From an uncultured Ruminococcus sp. (lineage in GTDB: Bacteria; Bacillota; Clostridia; Oscillospirales; Acutalibacteraceae): a stretch of 49,954 nucleotides of DNA. The position numbers and the translations under genes were made by a program. Of the stretch, positions 9,499-18,722 are shown one piece after another. Positions within the stretch are counted from its first letter, which is position 1, and every line of letters begins with the position of its first letter. The notes beneath the pieces are model-generated. The model ran no database searches and had not been told where the DNA came from. It saw only the letters and a list, made by a program, of their open reading frames with translations. The stretch covers positions 1-49,954 of the forward strand of contig CACXGC010000118.1 of the NCBI GenBank assembly GCA_902767155.1, in the 5' to 3' direction.

Positions 9499-10706
9499 CT
9501 TTCCTTTCTTAAAACCGAGCCTGCCGGAATTTCCGTATCACACGGCAAAATAACTTTCTGCATTGCATGAGGAGCAACTTCTATCTGTTCGCCTTTGTCA
9601 TTCATCATACGCTCAACTGTTATCTCGAACGGAATTCCGCTGGGTGGAAGAACATCGAGCTTGTCTCCTGCAAAAAAGCGGTTTCTCTGAGTAAGATATG
9701 CTGTATTGTCCTTATAATCATCACATACAGCAACCACATCGTAATGTCTGATATATCCGCCGTTATCAGTAACTTGTCCGGGTTCTCCGCCAAAAAAGAA
9801 ACCTGTGCTGTATTCACGATGACTGACTTTTTCCAGTTCTTCTCTTATCCATGGAGAAAGCGGCTGTTTTCCCTCGTTTTCGTAGTACTCGTTGATAGCA
9901 TGACGATATGCGTTAGTTATGACCGATACATAGTAAGCAGATTTTGCCCTGCCTTCAATCTTGAGACTATTAACACCGGCATTTACAAGTTCCGGAATAT
10001 GCTCTATCATGCAAAGGTCACGGGAATTATACAGAAATGTTCCGTTTTCGGCCTCTTCGACTGGAAAATACTGACCTTCTCTGTGTTCCTCGTACAAATG
10101 GTACTTCCACCTGCAAGGCTGAGCACAATCACCTCTGTTTGCATCACGTCCCGTCATATAGCTGGAAATAAGACAGCGTCCCGAAAAAGACACACACATA
10201 GAACCATGCACAAAAGTTTCTATTTCCAGTTCAGAAGGAACTTTCGCTCTTAATGCAGCTATTTCTTCGAGCGGCAGTTCACGTGCAAGCACAACTCTTG
10301 ACGCACCCATTTCATAAAGTACTCTTGCGGTCTGATAATTCACAACACCAGCTTGTGTCGATACATGACGCTGCACTTTAGGTGCATATTTTGCTGCAAG
10401 ACTCATAACTCCGAGGTCAGCAATTATAAAGGCATCAACGCCGCAAGCCTGAACTGTTTCCAAAAATTCCGGCAGCCTTTCAATTTCGTCATTTCTTGGT
10501 AGTGTATTACAGGTAACATGTACAGTAACGCCTTTTGAATGTGCAGCTTCAACAGCTTTTTTCAAATCATCCGGCGAAAAGTTTTTTGATGCGGTTCTCA
10601 TCCCGAATTCAGTACCGGCAAGATAAATAGCATCTGCGCCAAATTTCAAAGCACTGTCAAAACATTCAGGATCACCGGCAGGAGCAAGCAATTCAATCTT
10701 TCTCAT
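9486..10706 (-). CDS. U32 family peptidase
   Basis: MRKIELLAPAGD...GADAIYLAG is a typical U32 N-terminus, followed by a Cys-rich central region. Start set at ATG 10706. The track start at 10820 sits only 5 nt downstream of a -10 element and lacks an SD. Confidence 0.85.
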   Translation of the reverse strand: MRKIELLAPAGDPECFDSALKFGADAIYLAGTEFGMRTASKNFSPDDLKKAVEAAHSKGVTVHVTCNTLPRNDEIERLPEFLETVQACGVDAFIIADLGVMSLAAKYAPKVQRHVSTQAGVVNYQTARVLYEMGASRVVLARELPLEEIAALRAKVPSELEIETFVHGSMCVSFSGRCLISSYMTGRDANRGDCAQPCRWKYHLYEEHREGQYFPVEEAENGTFLYNSRDLCMIEHIPELVNAGVNSLKIEGRAKSAYYVSVITNAYRHAINEYYENEGKQPLSPWIREELEKVSHREYSTGFFFGGEPGQVTDNGGYIRHYDVVAVCDDYKDNTAYLTQRNRFFAGDKLDVLPPSGIPFEITVERMMNDKGEQIEVAPHAMQKVILPCDTEIPAGSVLRKERCSN

Positions 10707-10825
10707 TATATTCACACACATAGTGGAAACATGAAAGACATTTCCACAAAGTCCCCTTTCCTGAAAAATACTGATATTATTGGAAACATATTTTTCCACA
10801 AAAAATACATCCCCACCCATTCTAT

Positions 10826-10834
10826 ATTATAACA
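10826..10834 (-). promoter_or_regulatory. extended -10 element (TGTTATAAT) for the U32-led gene array
   Basis: The reverse complement of 10826-10834 reads TGTTATAAT. No good -35 was seen. Confidence 0.4.
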
Positions 10835-10877
10835 TTTTGCTCTGTCTCGAAAATTCTATAAAAGAACAATAAATCTT

Positions 10878-10907
10878 TGATATGCTAAATATTGATATGC
10901 TAAATAT
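10878..10907. repeat. perfect tandem direct repeat, 2 x 15 bp (TGATATGCTAAATAT)
   Basis: Read directly from the sequence: copies at 10878-10892 and 10893-10907. Located ~45-80 bp upstream of the -10 element at 10826-10834. Confidence 0.9.
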
Positions 10908-10933
10908 TGTACAATTCCAATATATTGTATGCA

Positions 10934-10968
10934 ATAAAAAAACCGGAACAAATAAAACTCTGTTCCGG
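10934..10968 (-). terminator. rho-independent terminator of the Na/Pi cotransporter gene
   Basis: Stem CCGGAACA / TGTTCCGG (10943-10950 / 10961-10968), followed on the minus strand by T8. Confidence 0.8.
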
Positions 10969-10977
10969 CAAAATAAT

Positions 10978-12642
10978 TTATTTTGATTTGGTGGCAACAA
11001 CCGCCCTCGATTTCTTGGGATACATTGAAAATGCAATATTAGTACTGTGGTCAGCGATTCTTTCAAGGTTTGTCAAAAGTTCCATAAACAGTGTTCCTAC
11101 AGTTGCGTTACAAGTTCCTTCACTCAGTCTTTCGATATGATTTTCCTTATACTCTGCCGTCTTATCATCAATTTCCTGTTCAGTATTGCTGACGATATCA
11201 ACCATTTTTGAGTCAATATGACTTGCTTTGAACATAGTTAATGAATCATCAATGATTTTATTGACAAGCTCTTCCATTTTTTTAGTTTCCTCAACAGCAT
11301 TCTCGCTGAGAGTTTCTTCTTTTCTTATAAGGTTCTGTGCAAGTTCGCATATATTCTCAGCATGGTCGCCTATACGCTCCATATCGCTGACAACATGGTA
11401 GTAAGAACCTACTTTCAAACGGTCACTGTCCTCAAGATTAAGACCGTTAAGCTTTACAAGATAGTTTGTTATCGCCATGTTGAGATAGTCTATCACTTCC
11501 TCATTAGCTTCAACTTCCGCAATAAGCTTTTCATCCTGTTCAAAAAATGCCTGCATGGATTTCATAAAATTCTTTTTTGCAAGCTTGCCCATTCTCTCGA
11601 TCTCTTTTGTTATCTGAGATACGGCAAACGGCGGAGTTTTAAGCATACGCTCGTCTACATACTTGAGACGGCTTGCTTCCATTTCTGCTTCTTCATCACC
11701 TGGAATTATTATGCAGGCAAGCTTTATTATAGCTCCCTCCAATGGAAGAAGTATAAGCGTTGCAACGATACTTGAGACTATATGAACAAGTGATATCCGG
11801 AAAGGAACGCTTTCTGTTAGTGATTCTATATAGCTGTTGAACGGTGTCAGAATTGACAGCAGTGTAAATATAAGTGTGCCGAATGTCGTAAACAGTACAT
11901 ATGATACTGCGGTACGTTTTGCCGCTTTTGTAGCGCCTATGGATGAAATGACCGATGTAACACAAGCACCTATATGTATTCCGTACACCATATAAACCGC
12001 ATTAGGCAATGCAAGAGCACTCGCAGCACCTAACGCCTGCAATACACCTACTGCCGCAGATGAACTTTGAATAAAAGCCGCAAATGCCACACCGAAAATT
12101 ATACCCACAAAAGGATCTCCGACAGAGGTTATTATTTTTGCAAATCCCTCAGAAGACGCAAGCGGTTTAAGATTGTCACTCATAGTAGTCATGCCAAAGA
12201 AAAGAGTTCCGAATCCGGCAATAATCTGACCTACGTACTTTGTATTGTTCTTCTTGCTCAGCACCACCATAAATGCACCGATAAATATTGCAAGCGGCGC
12301 ATAGTCAGATATCTGAATAGACAGCAACACACTTGTAACAGTCGTTCCTATTGTAGCACCCATTATTACGCCCATAGCCTGACTCAATGTCATTATAGAC
12401 GCATTTACAAAACCTACACACATAACTGATACCGCAGTAGAACTTTGTATTATCGCGGTCACAACAACACCGACAATTGCTCCGAGAAAACGGTTTGTTG
12501 TAAGTTTTTCAAGCAGGTTTCTCAGATTTGCACCTGCCGCCAGTTCAAGTCCCTCACCCATGAGTCTCATACCGTAAAGAAACAGCCCGAGTCCGCCAAG
12601 TGCAAGGATTATCTGCATAATAATTTCTCGATCGAAGGTCAT
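10978..12642 (-). CDS. Na/Pi cotransporter family protein with PhoU-like C-terminal domains
   Basis: Duplicated QSSTA / QSSSA transporter motifs in a polytopic N-terminal half and a PhoU-like helical C-terminal half. ATG 12642 (MTFDREII) has GGAGGA 7 nt upstream. Confidence 0.85.
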   Translation of the reverse strand: MTFDREIIMQIILALGGLGLFLYGMRLMGEGLELAAGANLRNLLEKLTTNRFLGAIVGVVVTAIIQSSTAVSVMCVGFVNASIMTLSQAMGVIMGATIGTTVTSVLLSIQISDYAPLAIFIGAFMVVLSKKNNTKYVGQIIAGFGTLFFGMTTMSDNLKPLASSEGFAKIITSVGDPFVGIIFGVAFAAFIQSSSAAVGVLQALGAASALALPNAVYMVYGIHIGACVTSVISSIGATKAAKRTAVSYVLFTTFGTLIFTLLSILTPFNSYIESLTESVPFRISLVHIVSSIVATLILLPLEGAIIKLACIIIPGDEEAEMEASRLKYVDERMLKTPPFAVSQITKEIERMGKLAKKNFMKSMQAFFEQDEKLIAEVEANEEVIDYLNMAITNYLVKLNGLNLEDSDRLKVGSYYHVVSDMERIGDHAENICELAQNLIRKEETLSENAVEETKKMEELVNKIIDDSLTMFKASHIDSKMVDIVSNTEQEIDDKTAEYKENHIERLSEGTCNATVGTLFMELLTNLERIADHSTNIAFSMYPKKSRAVVATKSK

Positions 12643-12829
12643 ACCAAAGTCCTCCATATTTTTACATTTTCTTTAATTTGTCTATCCCTAATATATTACA
12701 TCATCCGCCACTTAATATTCTTAAAAAGAATTATTTTTATTTCTATCTTTGATACAAAAACGATTCAATATATTTGTAACTTTTGGTCAGGTTTTTGCAT
12801 CAGATTTTAGTGCAGTTTCCATAAATTTA

Positions 12830-12855
12830 CCCTGTGAAAAATATGATTCACAGGG
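12830..12855 (-). terminator. probable terminator hairpin after the secreted transglutaminase-like gene
   Basis: Stem CCCTGTGAA / TTCACAGGG with an 8-nt loop. The downstream T tract on the minus strand is weak. Confidence 0.45.
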
Positions 12856-12865
12856 TAATCTTAAC

Positions 12866-14977
12866 TTATTTCACTGCTTTGACAGTAAATGTTTTTGCAA
12901 CTTTTGTACCGGCAGAATCCTTTACAACTACTTTGAGATCATAGTCTGTAGCACTTCCGGGACGCAGTGCTGCTGATTTTGTAGTATATGCCGTACCTAT
13001 AACCACCCAATCGGAATTTTTGCTCTTTTTATAATAAAATGCATATTTATACGGGGATGTTCCTCCTTCGGCAGCACCTTTGAGTACAACTTTTTCTCCA
13101 ACAGTCACAACACTTGTACTGATAGTGGAATTATTGATCAATTCTTTGACAGCCTTGACTGTGAAAGTTTTCGTCGAAGTATTATTGTTGCTGTCTTTTA
13201 CAACAACTTTTACATCATATGTTGTTGCTGTTCCGGGCTTGAAAGCTGCACTTTTTGTTGTGTATGCCGGCTGCATTTCATTCCATTCTGTCTTGCTGCT
13301 CTTTTTGTAATAGAAAGCATACTTATAAGAGCCGCTGCCTCCCGATGCTGAACCTTTCAGAACAACTTTTTCACCGACATTTACTTCTTTCGTACTTATT
13401 GTAGATGTATTTTTTAGTTCTTTTGCAAGAACATCAACAACAAATGTTTTTTCGCTCTTGCTTCCTGCTGAATCAGTAACCGTTACTTTAACGTCATACT
13501 TGACAGCCGCACTGGGCTTAAAAGAAGCCCAATCATCTGTATCTGTGCTTATGGTTTGCCATGTTGAACTTGTACTCTTCTTGTATTGGTAAGTGTACGA
13601 GTACGGAACTTTTCCACCTTCTGCATAACCTTCTATTTCAACAGGCGAACCGGCATAAACTGACTCTGCTGAAATTTCGGAAAGATTTTCAAGCGGCGGC
13701 TGTTGATTTTGTATTTCCGGAAGTTCTTTTATAAACTTCTTTGTTCCTACATTGTTTACATCGTCGGACAAAATAGCATAGAGCTTTCTTCCGTTGATTC
13801 TAAGTCCGTAGAAAGACTTGCCGGAAGTATCTGTATTGCTTGCAATTTTGGTTACAGCCTTTGTAACAGGGTCAAGAGAATAAATTGCAGTCTGGGTATT
13901 ATAATAAAGAAGTCCGTCATATTCCTCAAGTCCTGTAAAAGCTTCTTCGTAGTAGTAACCGTTTCCTACGTACCATTTTTCTTTGATATCCAAAACCGTA
14001 ACGGCAGTGTCTTTTACATAGTTGTACTTGACTATTCTCGCATTATCACAATCTACAGCATATACAGCTGTTTCTCCGTCAACCTTGCAGAATTTCGAGC
14101 TATATGAATGGAACTTATAGTTATCATACGTTGAAGCAGAGGGATAAACTGTTTCGTAAGACGGAGTACCTGTATAGCGTTCCATAATATATGCTTTTCT
14201 TGCGCTGTCACTGAGAAGGAAATTATCATGCTGTATAAGCGTCTGACTGTAACCTGTCGGGTCATCCCATGTAACATCGACGTTATAGTATTTGCCGTTC
14301 AGACATACTTTCAGCCATTCATGGTTGATTGCTTCACAGTCAATTATTTCGCTTTTTATTCCGACCTGTCCGAGAAGATATGCATATACACGTGAATAGT
14401 TCTCACAAAGTCCGTATTTATTGACCATCATTGTATAAGAAGATGTGTTATTTAATTGGTATGTTGCATCAAGAGCCAGTTCGTCATGCAGTAATACAGC
14501 CTTTGAAAAGTCATCATCATATCTTGAAAGTTTGTCGTTTATCTGATTCAGATAATGATCTGCTTCCTCGTAAAACTCTTCGAGCATTGCGTCAGACTCA
14601 TCTTTTTCGATGTCATACTTAGGAAACAGCGAATAAATGTACTTTGTTCCCTGATTGGAATAGTAGTTGTATGACATTCCATTTTTGACATAGAAAAGTT
14701 CCGGATATTTGGCGAGTACTGTATAGTAGATATCTGCCGAGTTGAGCGGAATATTGTACTGGCTTACATCAATTTCTGACTCATGCGCCAAAAGAGCCTC
14801 ACCTATCACCTCTATTACTTCGTCATAACCCTCGTATGAACCTTCACCATAGCTGATGTACGACGGGTCTGACTGTACTGCTGCTGAAGCACTAAACGGC
14901 ATTGAGCCGGCAATTGTCAGCATACCCATAAATAATGCCAATCCGACTGTAAAACCTTTTCGTAACTTTTTGCCCAC
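12866..14977 (-). CDS. secreted transglutaminase-like cysteine protease-fold protein with three C-terminal Y_Y_Y-type Ig-like repeats
   Basis: GTG start with AAGGAGGG 6 nt upstream. Signal peptide MGKKLRKGFTVGLALFMGMLTIAGSMPFSASA. Cys/His/Asp core YGLCENYS...NHEWL...DVTWDD. Three ~92-aa repeats contain YKYAFYYKK. Confidence 0.75.
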   Translation of the reverse strand: MGKKLRKGFTVGLALFMGMLTIAGSMPFSASAAVQSDPSYISYGEGSYEGYDEVIEVIGEALLAHESEIDVSQYNIPLNSADIYYTVLAKYPELFYVKNGMSYNYYSNQGTKYIYSLFPKYDIEKDESDAMLEEFYEEADHYLNQINDKLSRYDDDFSKAVLLHDELALDATYQLNNTSSYTMMVNKYGLCENYSRVYAYLLGQVGIKSEIIDCEAINHEWLKVCLNGKYYNVDVTWDDPTGYSQTLIQHDNFLLSDSARKAYIMERYTGTPSYETVYPSASTYDNYKFHSYSSKFCKVDGETAVYAVDCDNARIVKYNYVKDTAVTVLDIKEKWYVGNGYYYEEAFTGLEEYDGLLYYNTQTAIYSLDPVTKAVTKIASNTDTSGKSFYGLRINGRKLYAILSDDVNNVGTKKFIKELPEIQNQQPPLENLSEISAESVYAGSPVEIEGYAEGGKVPYSYTYQYKKSTSSTWQTISTDTDDWASFKPSAAVKYDVKVTVTDSAGSKSEKTFVVDVLAKELKNTSTISTKEVNVGEKVVLKGSASGGSGSYKYAFYYKKSSKTEWNEMQPAYTTKSAAFKPGTATTYDVKVVVKDSNNNTSTKTFTVKAVKELINNSTISTSVVTVGEKVVLKGAAEGGTSPYKYAFYYKKSKNSDWVVIGTAYTTKSAALRPGSATDYDLKVVVKDSAGTKVAKTFTVKAVK
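12869..13696 (-). repeat. three tandem ~276-nt coding repeats (Ig-like modules)
   Basis: Units at about 12869-13144, 13145-13420 and 13421-13696. Units 2 and 3 are very similar (VGEKVVLKG.A.GG...YKYAFYYKKS...TTKSAA..PG.AT.YD.KVVVKDS). Confidence 0.85.
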
Positions 14978-15019
14978 GTTAAACCCTCCTTAGTTATTTT
15001 GTTGCCAAAGTATTGCTAT

Positions 15020-15436
15020 TTAATACTGGCGAGGACCGTCCTGACCGTTCAGATTGAATATATCTACCGGAACGCCAAGAAGTGTCATTATGTCAATGTA
15101 TCCGTCGAATACCTCCTCTCTTGAAAATCCGCCCAATTCAAGTTCTTCATCACTCAGGCGATTTAGTCTCTGATAAAAATCAGTTGACAGAAGAATATAC
15201 TTATCAGAATATTCGAGACAGTCAAACAACATATCTTCTGCTTCACTGATTTTTCCTTCTCTTATCATACGGCACAAAACAAGATGCAATTGGTCTATGG
15301 AAGTGAGTTCTTCTTCATTCTGTACATCTCCGGAAATTTCGTATATAACTTCCGATTCTTTTTTGAAAACAACTTTTGCAACAAATTTTGCAACCATCTC
15401 TATTTGTCTCATTATCCAATCATCCTGAAAACCCAT
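15020..15436 (-). CDS. hypothetical cytoplasmic protein (DUF6483-like, from memory)
   Basis: 138 aa with AAGGGGTGA SD. N-terminal sequence DWIMRQIEMVAKFVAKVVF. No TM segment. Starts 4 nt after the upstream stop. Confidence 0.6.
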   Translation of the reverse strand: MGFQDDWIMRQIEMVAKFVAKVVFKKESEVIYEISGDVQNEEELTSIDQLHLVLCRMIREGKISEAEDMLFDCLEYSDKYILLSTDFYQRLNRLSDEELELGGFSREEVFDGYIDIMTLLGVPVDIFNLNGQDGPRQY

Positions 15437-15440
15437 ATCA

Positions 15441-16670
15441 TCACCCCTTAGACGCCAGAACAGCTGTAGAAAACGCCGACTGTATATTAAATCCTCCGGT
15501 ATAACAGTCTATGTCTATAACTTCACCTGCAAAGTATAATCCCTTTACAAGCTTTGACTGCATTGTTTTCGGATCAATCTCTTTTACAGAAACACCACCC
15601 GATGTTACTATAGCCTCTTCCAGAGGACGAAAATCTGTTACTGTCCTTGTCAGACATTTCATAAGTCCGAGTATTTTTTTTCTTTCCGCCTTGTTTATTT
15701 CACTGCATCGCTTTTCCGGCGAAATTCCGGAAAGTTTTACAAAATCCTCAATCAACGCTGTCGGAAGCAAAGTTTTAAGCATAACATAGTACGTTCCCGC
15801 ATTGGCAAGAGATAACTCCCTTACAAGCCGATGGTCGAGAACTTCCTCAGAAAGAGCCGGTTTCAAATCAATTTTTACAATATAACGACCACGCTCCATA
15901 TTCTTCATATGAGCAGAGGCACTTCTGATAATTGCTCCCGAAAGTCCGTAACGCTTAAGTTCTAATTCTCCGAAATCAGTATACACACACTTGTTTTTTA
16001 TTGTGTCCGTCACCTGTATTGCAACATTTTTCAGCAAAAGGCCGTCCGCATCATAACCGAAATGTTCCTCAGTTTCCAACGGTACAAGAGACGGACGCAA
16101 AGGTATTATTGTATGTCCTAAACTTTCCGCAAAACGATAGCCATCACCGTCCGAACCTGTCAAGGGATAGGACTTGCCACCTGTCGCAACTATAATTTTA
16201 TCACATAAAACCATCTCACCAGTTGTAAATGTTACTCCCTTAACAGTACCATTTTCAGCAACTATACTACTGACAGTTTCATTAATAACCTTGCAGCCGG
16301 ATTTTTTTACCATACGGTATAAAGTATCAACTATATCCGCTGCTTTGTCTGAAACAGGAAAAACTCTGCCGCCACGCTCGGTTTTCAGCGGACAACCATT
16401 CTTTTCAAAAAAATATATAGTATCTGCCGGTGAAAAAGCACTCAACGCACTATAAAGGAATTTGCCATTTGTAGGTGTATTTGCGATTACTGTCTTTACA
16501 TCACAATTGTTCGTGACATTGCATCTTCCTTTGCCGGAGATATAAAGTTTTCGTCCAACTTTGGAATTTTTTTCTATTATGTATGTATCATCGCCGTTTT
16601 GTGCTGAAAAAATTCCTGCCATCAGTCCGGCTGCACCGCCGCCGATTATCAAAGTTTTCCTTGAACTCAA
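15441..16670 (-). CDS. HI0933/YhiN (BaiN-like) family NAD(P)/FAD-dependent flavoprotein
   Basis: IIGGGAAGLMAG dinucleotide-binding motif and GKGRCNVTN. 409 aa. Confidence 0.85.
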   Translation of the reverse strand: MSSRKTLIIGGGAAGLMAGIFSAQNGDDTYIIEKNSKVGRKLYISGKGRCNVTNNCDVKTVIANTPTNGKFLYSALSAFSPADTIYFFEKNGCPLKTERGGRVFPVSDKAADIVDTLYRMVKKSGCKVINETVSSIVAENGTVKGVTFTTGEMVLCDKIIVATGGKSYPLTGSDGDGYRFAESLGHTIIPLRPSLVPLETEEHFGYDADGLLLKNVAIQVTDTIKNKCVYTDFGELELKRYGLSGAIIRSASAHMKNMERGRYIVKIDLKPALSEEVLDHRLVRELSLANAGTYYVMLKTLLPTALIEDFVKLSGISPEKRCSEINKAERKKILGLMKCLTRTVTDFRPLEEAIVTSGGVSVKEIDPKTMQSKLVKGLYFAGEVIDIDCYTGGFNIQSAFSTAVLASKG

Positions 16671-17536
16671 GTATTTTCCCCCTCGCTTTTGCTGCGGTAA
16701 ACGTCATATTCTTCCCATATATGTTCCAATGAACCGAACGTTTTCTCGACTTCATCATCAAGTTCGACAACAGTAGCAACTATAAGTGCATTTATCATGC
16801 TCAGTGGTGCTACGAGTGAATCAACTACAGATGCCATATCACTTTTGGCGATAAGAATATGATCTGAAAGTGAACAAAGCGGACTTGTCATACTATCCGT
16901 CAAAGCAATTACTGTAGCTCCCCGACGATGTGCAAAGGTCATTGCCTTTACAGCTGCATTTGAATATCTTGGAAAGCTTATTCCGATTATAACATCGCCT
17001 TTATCAATACGAAAAAGCTTTTCATATATCTCTGTTTCACCGTAATTGCTGATAATCTTAACATTTTCAAAAATCAACGAATAATAGTACCCTAAAAACG
17101 ATGCAAGTGCTGCACTGCTTCTTACTGCGAAAATATAAATTGTATTAGCTTTTGAAATAGCTTTTACAGCGGCGTTGAAATCACCACGTGAAGTTTCTTC
17201 AATTGTGCGGCGTATTTTTTCTATATCCTGATTCAGAACATTTGTCAGAACGTCAGCACCTTCCATACGGCTTTTTGTAACCTGTATACGCTGTACTGAT
17301 GTCAGTTTATCCCGTATCATTTCCTGCATAGCCTTCTGCATTTTCGGATAACCGTCATAACCAAGCTCAGATGCAAATCTTACAACGGTAGACTCGCTGA
17401 CACCAACAGTAGCTCCAAGTTTCAAAGCGGTCATAAAAGCCGCCTTATCATAATGCTCAGTTATAAAATTCGCAATAAGTTTCTGTCCCTTTGAAAAATG
17501 GGGCATATTGTCATTTATCCTTGTTAATAAATTCAT
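16667..17536 (-). CDS. MurR/RpiR family transcriptional regulator
   Basis: HTH region LKLGATVGVSESTVVRFASELGYDGY followed by a SIS domain. ATG 17536 (MNLLTRIN). The stop overlaps the downstream start by 4 nt. Confidence 0.85.
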   Translation of the reverse strand: MNLLTRINDNMPHFSKGQKLIANFITEHYDKAAFMTALKLGATVGVSESTVVRFASELGYDGYPKMQKAMQEMIRDKLTSVQRIQVTKSRMEGADVLTNVLNQDIEKIRRTIEETSRGDFNAAVKAISKANTIYIFAVRSSAALASFLGYYYSLIFENVKIISNYGETEIYEKLFRIDKGDVIIGISFPRYSNAAVKAMTFAHRRGATVIALTDSMTSPLCSLSDHILIAKSDMASVVDSLVAPLSMINALIVATVVELDDEVEKTFGSLEHIWEEYDVYRSKSEGENT

Positions 17537-17558
17537 GTCCAACCTTCTCTGTAAAAAA

Positions 17559-17660
17559 TCAGAAATCAAGTGATGACATCAGAATAGAAAACACGCTAAG
17601 TACCATAATAGCACAAAGGATTATTGCTGTTATTCTGATTATAAGCTTTTTTTTCTTCAT
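17559..17660 (-). CDS. possible 33-aa hydrophobic peptide upstream of the RpiR gene
   Basis: MKKKKLIIRITAIILCAIMVLSVFSILMSSLDF. GGAAAGGA lies ~9 nt upstream. Not in the ORF track because it is under 60 aa. Confidence 0.3.
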   Translation of the reverse strand: MKKKKLIIRITAIILCAIMVLSVFSILMSSLDF

Positions 17661-17788
17661 AAAACCATTCCTTTCCCAAAAATACACCCACTATAATCTT
17701 ATAACAATCATGCAAAAAAAGCAAGTGAAAGGCAAAAATATTTTATTTCCAAACCAACATAAAATGTTATGAAAAATAAAAAATTGAC

Positions 17789-17817
17789 TTGAAGTGGAGT
17801 AGAAAAAATGGTATACT
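17789..17817 (+). promoter_or_regulatory. probable sigma-A promoter of tepA
   Basis: TTGAAG (17789-17794), 17 bp spacer, TGgTATACT (17809-17817). Confidence 0.45.
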
Positions 17818-17869
17818 GAAATGTATGCTGTAATGCCGAAATGCAAATAATAAGCATGGAGGGATTATT

Positions 17870-18649
17870 ATGAGCATAAAAAAAGAGGATAATACCGTAC
17901 AGGATCCGTCTGTTGATACAGATATTTCCGAATATATAAGAGAAGATGAAATAGATCGGGCAGAAAAGCTTAATGAAATAATCACAGAGAGTGGTTCTGT
18001 CATATCTTCCTGCGGAAAATATACGGTACAATGCCTTACGATTATAGGACAAATTGAGGGACATTATATTTTGTCTGCTCAGAACAAAACAACAAAATAT
18101 GAGCATATTATTCCGCAATTGGTGGCAGCAGAGCAAAATGACAATATCGACGGACTCCTTATTCTTCTGAATACAGTAGGCGGAGATGTTGAAGCAGGAC
18201 TTGCAATTGCCGAACTTGTTGCAGGAATGACTAAACCTGTTGTTTCACTTGTTTTAGGCGGCGGACATTCAATAGGTGTTCCAATCGCAGTAGCAGCAAA
18301 AAAGTCATTTATAGCAAGGTCTGCTACAATGACAATACATCCTGTGCGTATGAACGGCCTGATGTTGGGAGTGCCTCAGGCATTTGAATATTTTCAGCGT
18401 ATGCAGCAGAGAATAACAGGATTTGTGACAGATCATTCGTCAATTTCTCCGGAAAGATATAATGAGCTTGCACTTAATACAGATGAGCTTGTAATGGATA
18501 TTGGTTCAATACTTGACGGTACTGATGCAGTTGAAGAGGGCCTGATAGACAGTATAGGTTCATTGAGCGATGCTGTTTCAACATTGTATACTATGATAGG
18601 TAAGGCAAAAGCAAAACAAAAGAAGAAGATGGCAAGAAAAACAAAATGA
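17870..18649 (+). CDS. tepA: TepA-like ClpP-fold protease family protein
   Basis: GGAGGGA SD. Motifs [21 protein letters not shown] and [11 protein letters not shown], typical of TepA/ClpP-class proteins. Confidence 0.75.
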   Translation: MSIKKEDNTVQDPSVDTDISEYIREDEIDRAEKLNEIITESGSVISSCGKYTVQCLTIIGQIEGHYILSAQNKTTKYEHIIPQLVAAEQNDNIDGLLILLNTVGGDVEAGLAIAELVAGMTKPVVSLVLGGGHSIGVPIAVAAKKSFIARSATMTIHPVRMNGLMLGVPQAFEYFQRMQQRITGFVTDHSSISPERYNELALNTDELVMDIGSILDGTDAVEEGLIDSIGSLSDAVSTLYTMIGKAKAKQKKKMARKTK

Positions 18650-18722
18650 CGGAAAGATCATAAATTTCCGTGCGGCAGAATAGAATTTAATATTCTGCCG
18701 TAAAGAAACAGGAGGGTACATA

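Noticed and set aside
10707-10820. Longer N-terminus for the U32 peptidase (track start at 10820).
   Set aside because: ATG 10820 lies 5 nt downstream of the TGTTATAAT -10 element and lacks an SD. U32 proteins typically begin close to the ELLAPAG motif.
18650-18722. Two hairpins between tepA and uppP (CGGAAA/TTTCCG and CGGCAGAATA/TATTCTGCCG), considered as a terminator or attenuator.
   Set aside because: No U-tract follows either stem and the uppP SD follows directly. The evidence is insufficient for a terminator call. A processing or stability element is possible but unsupported.
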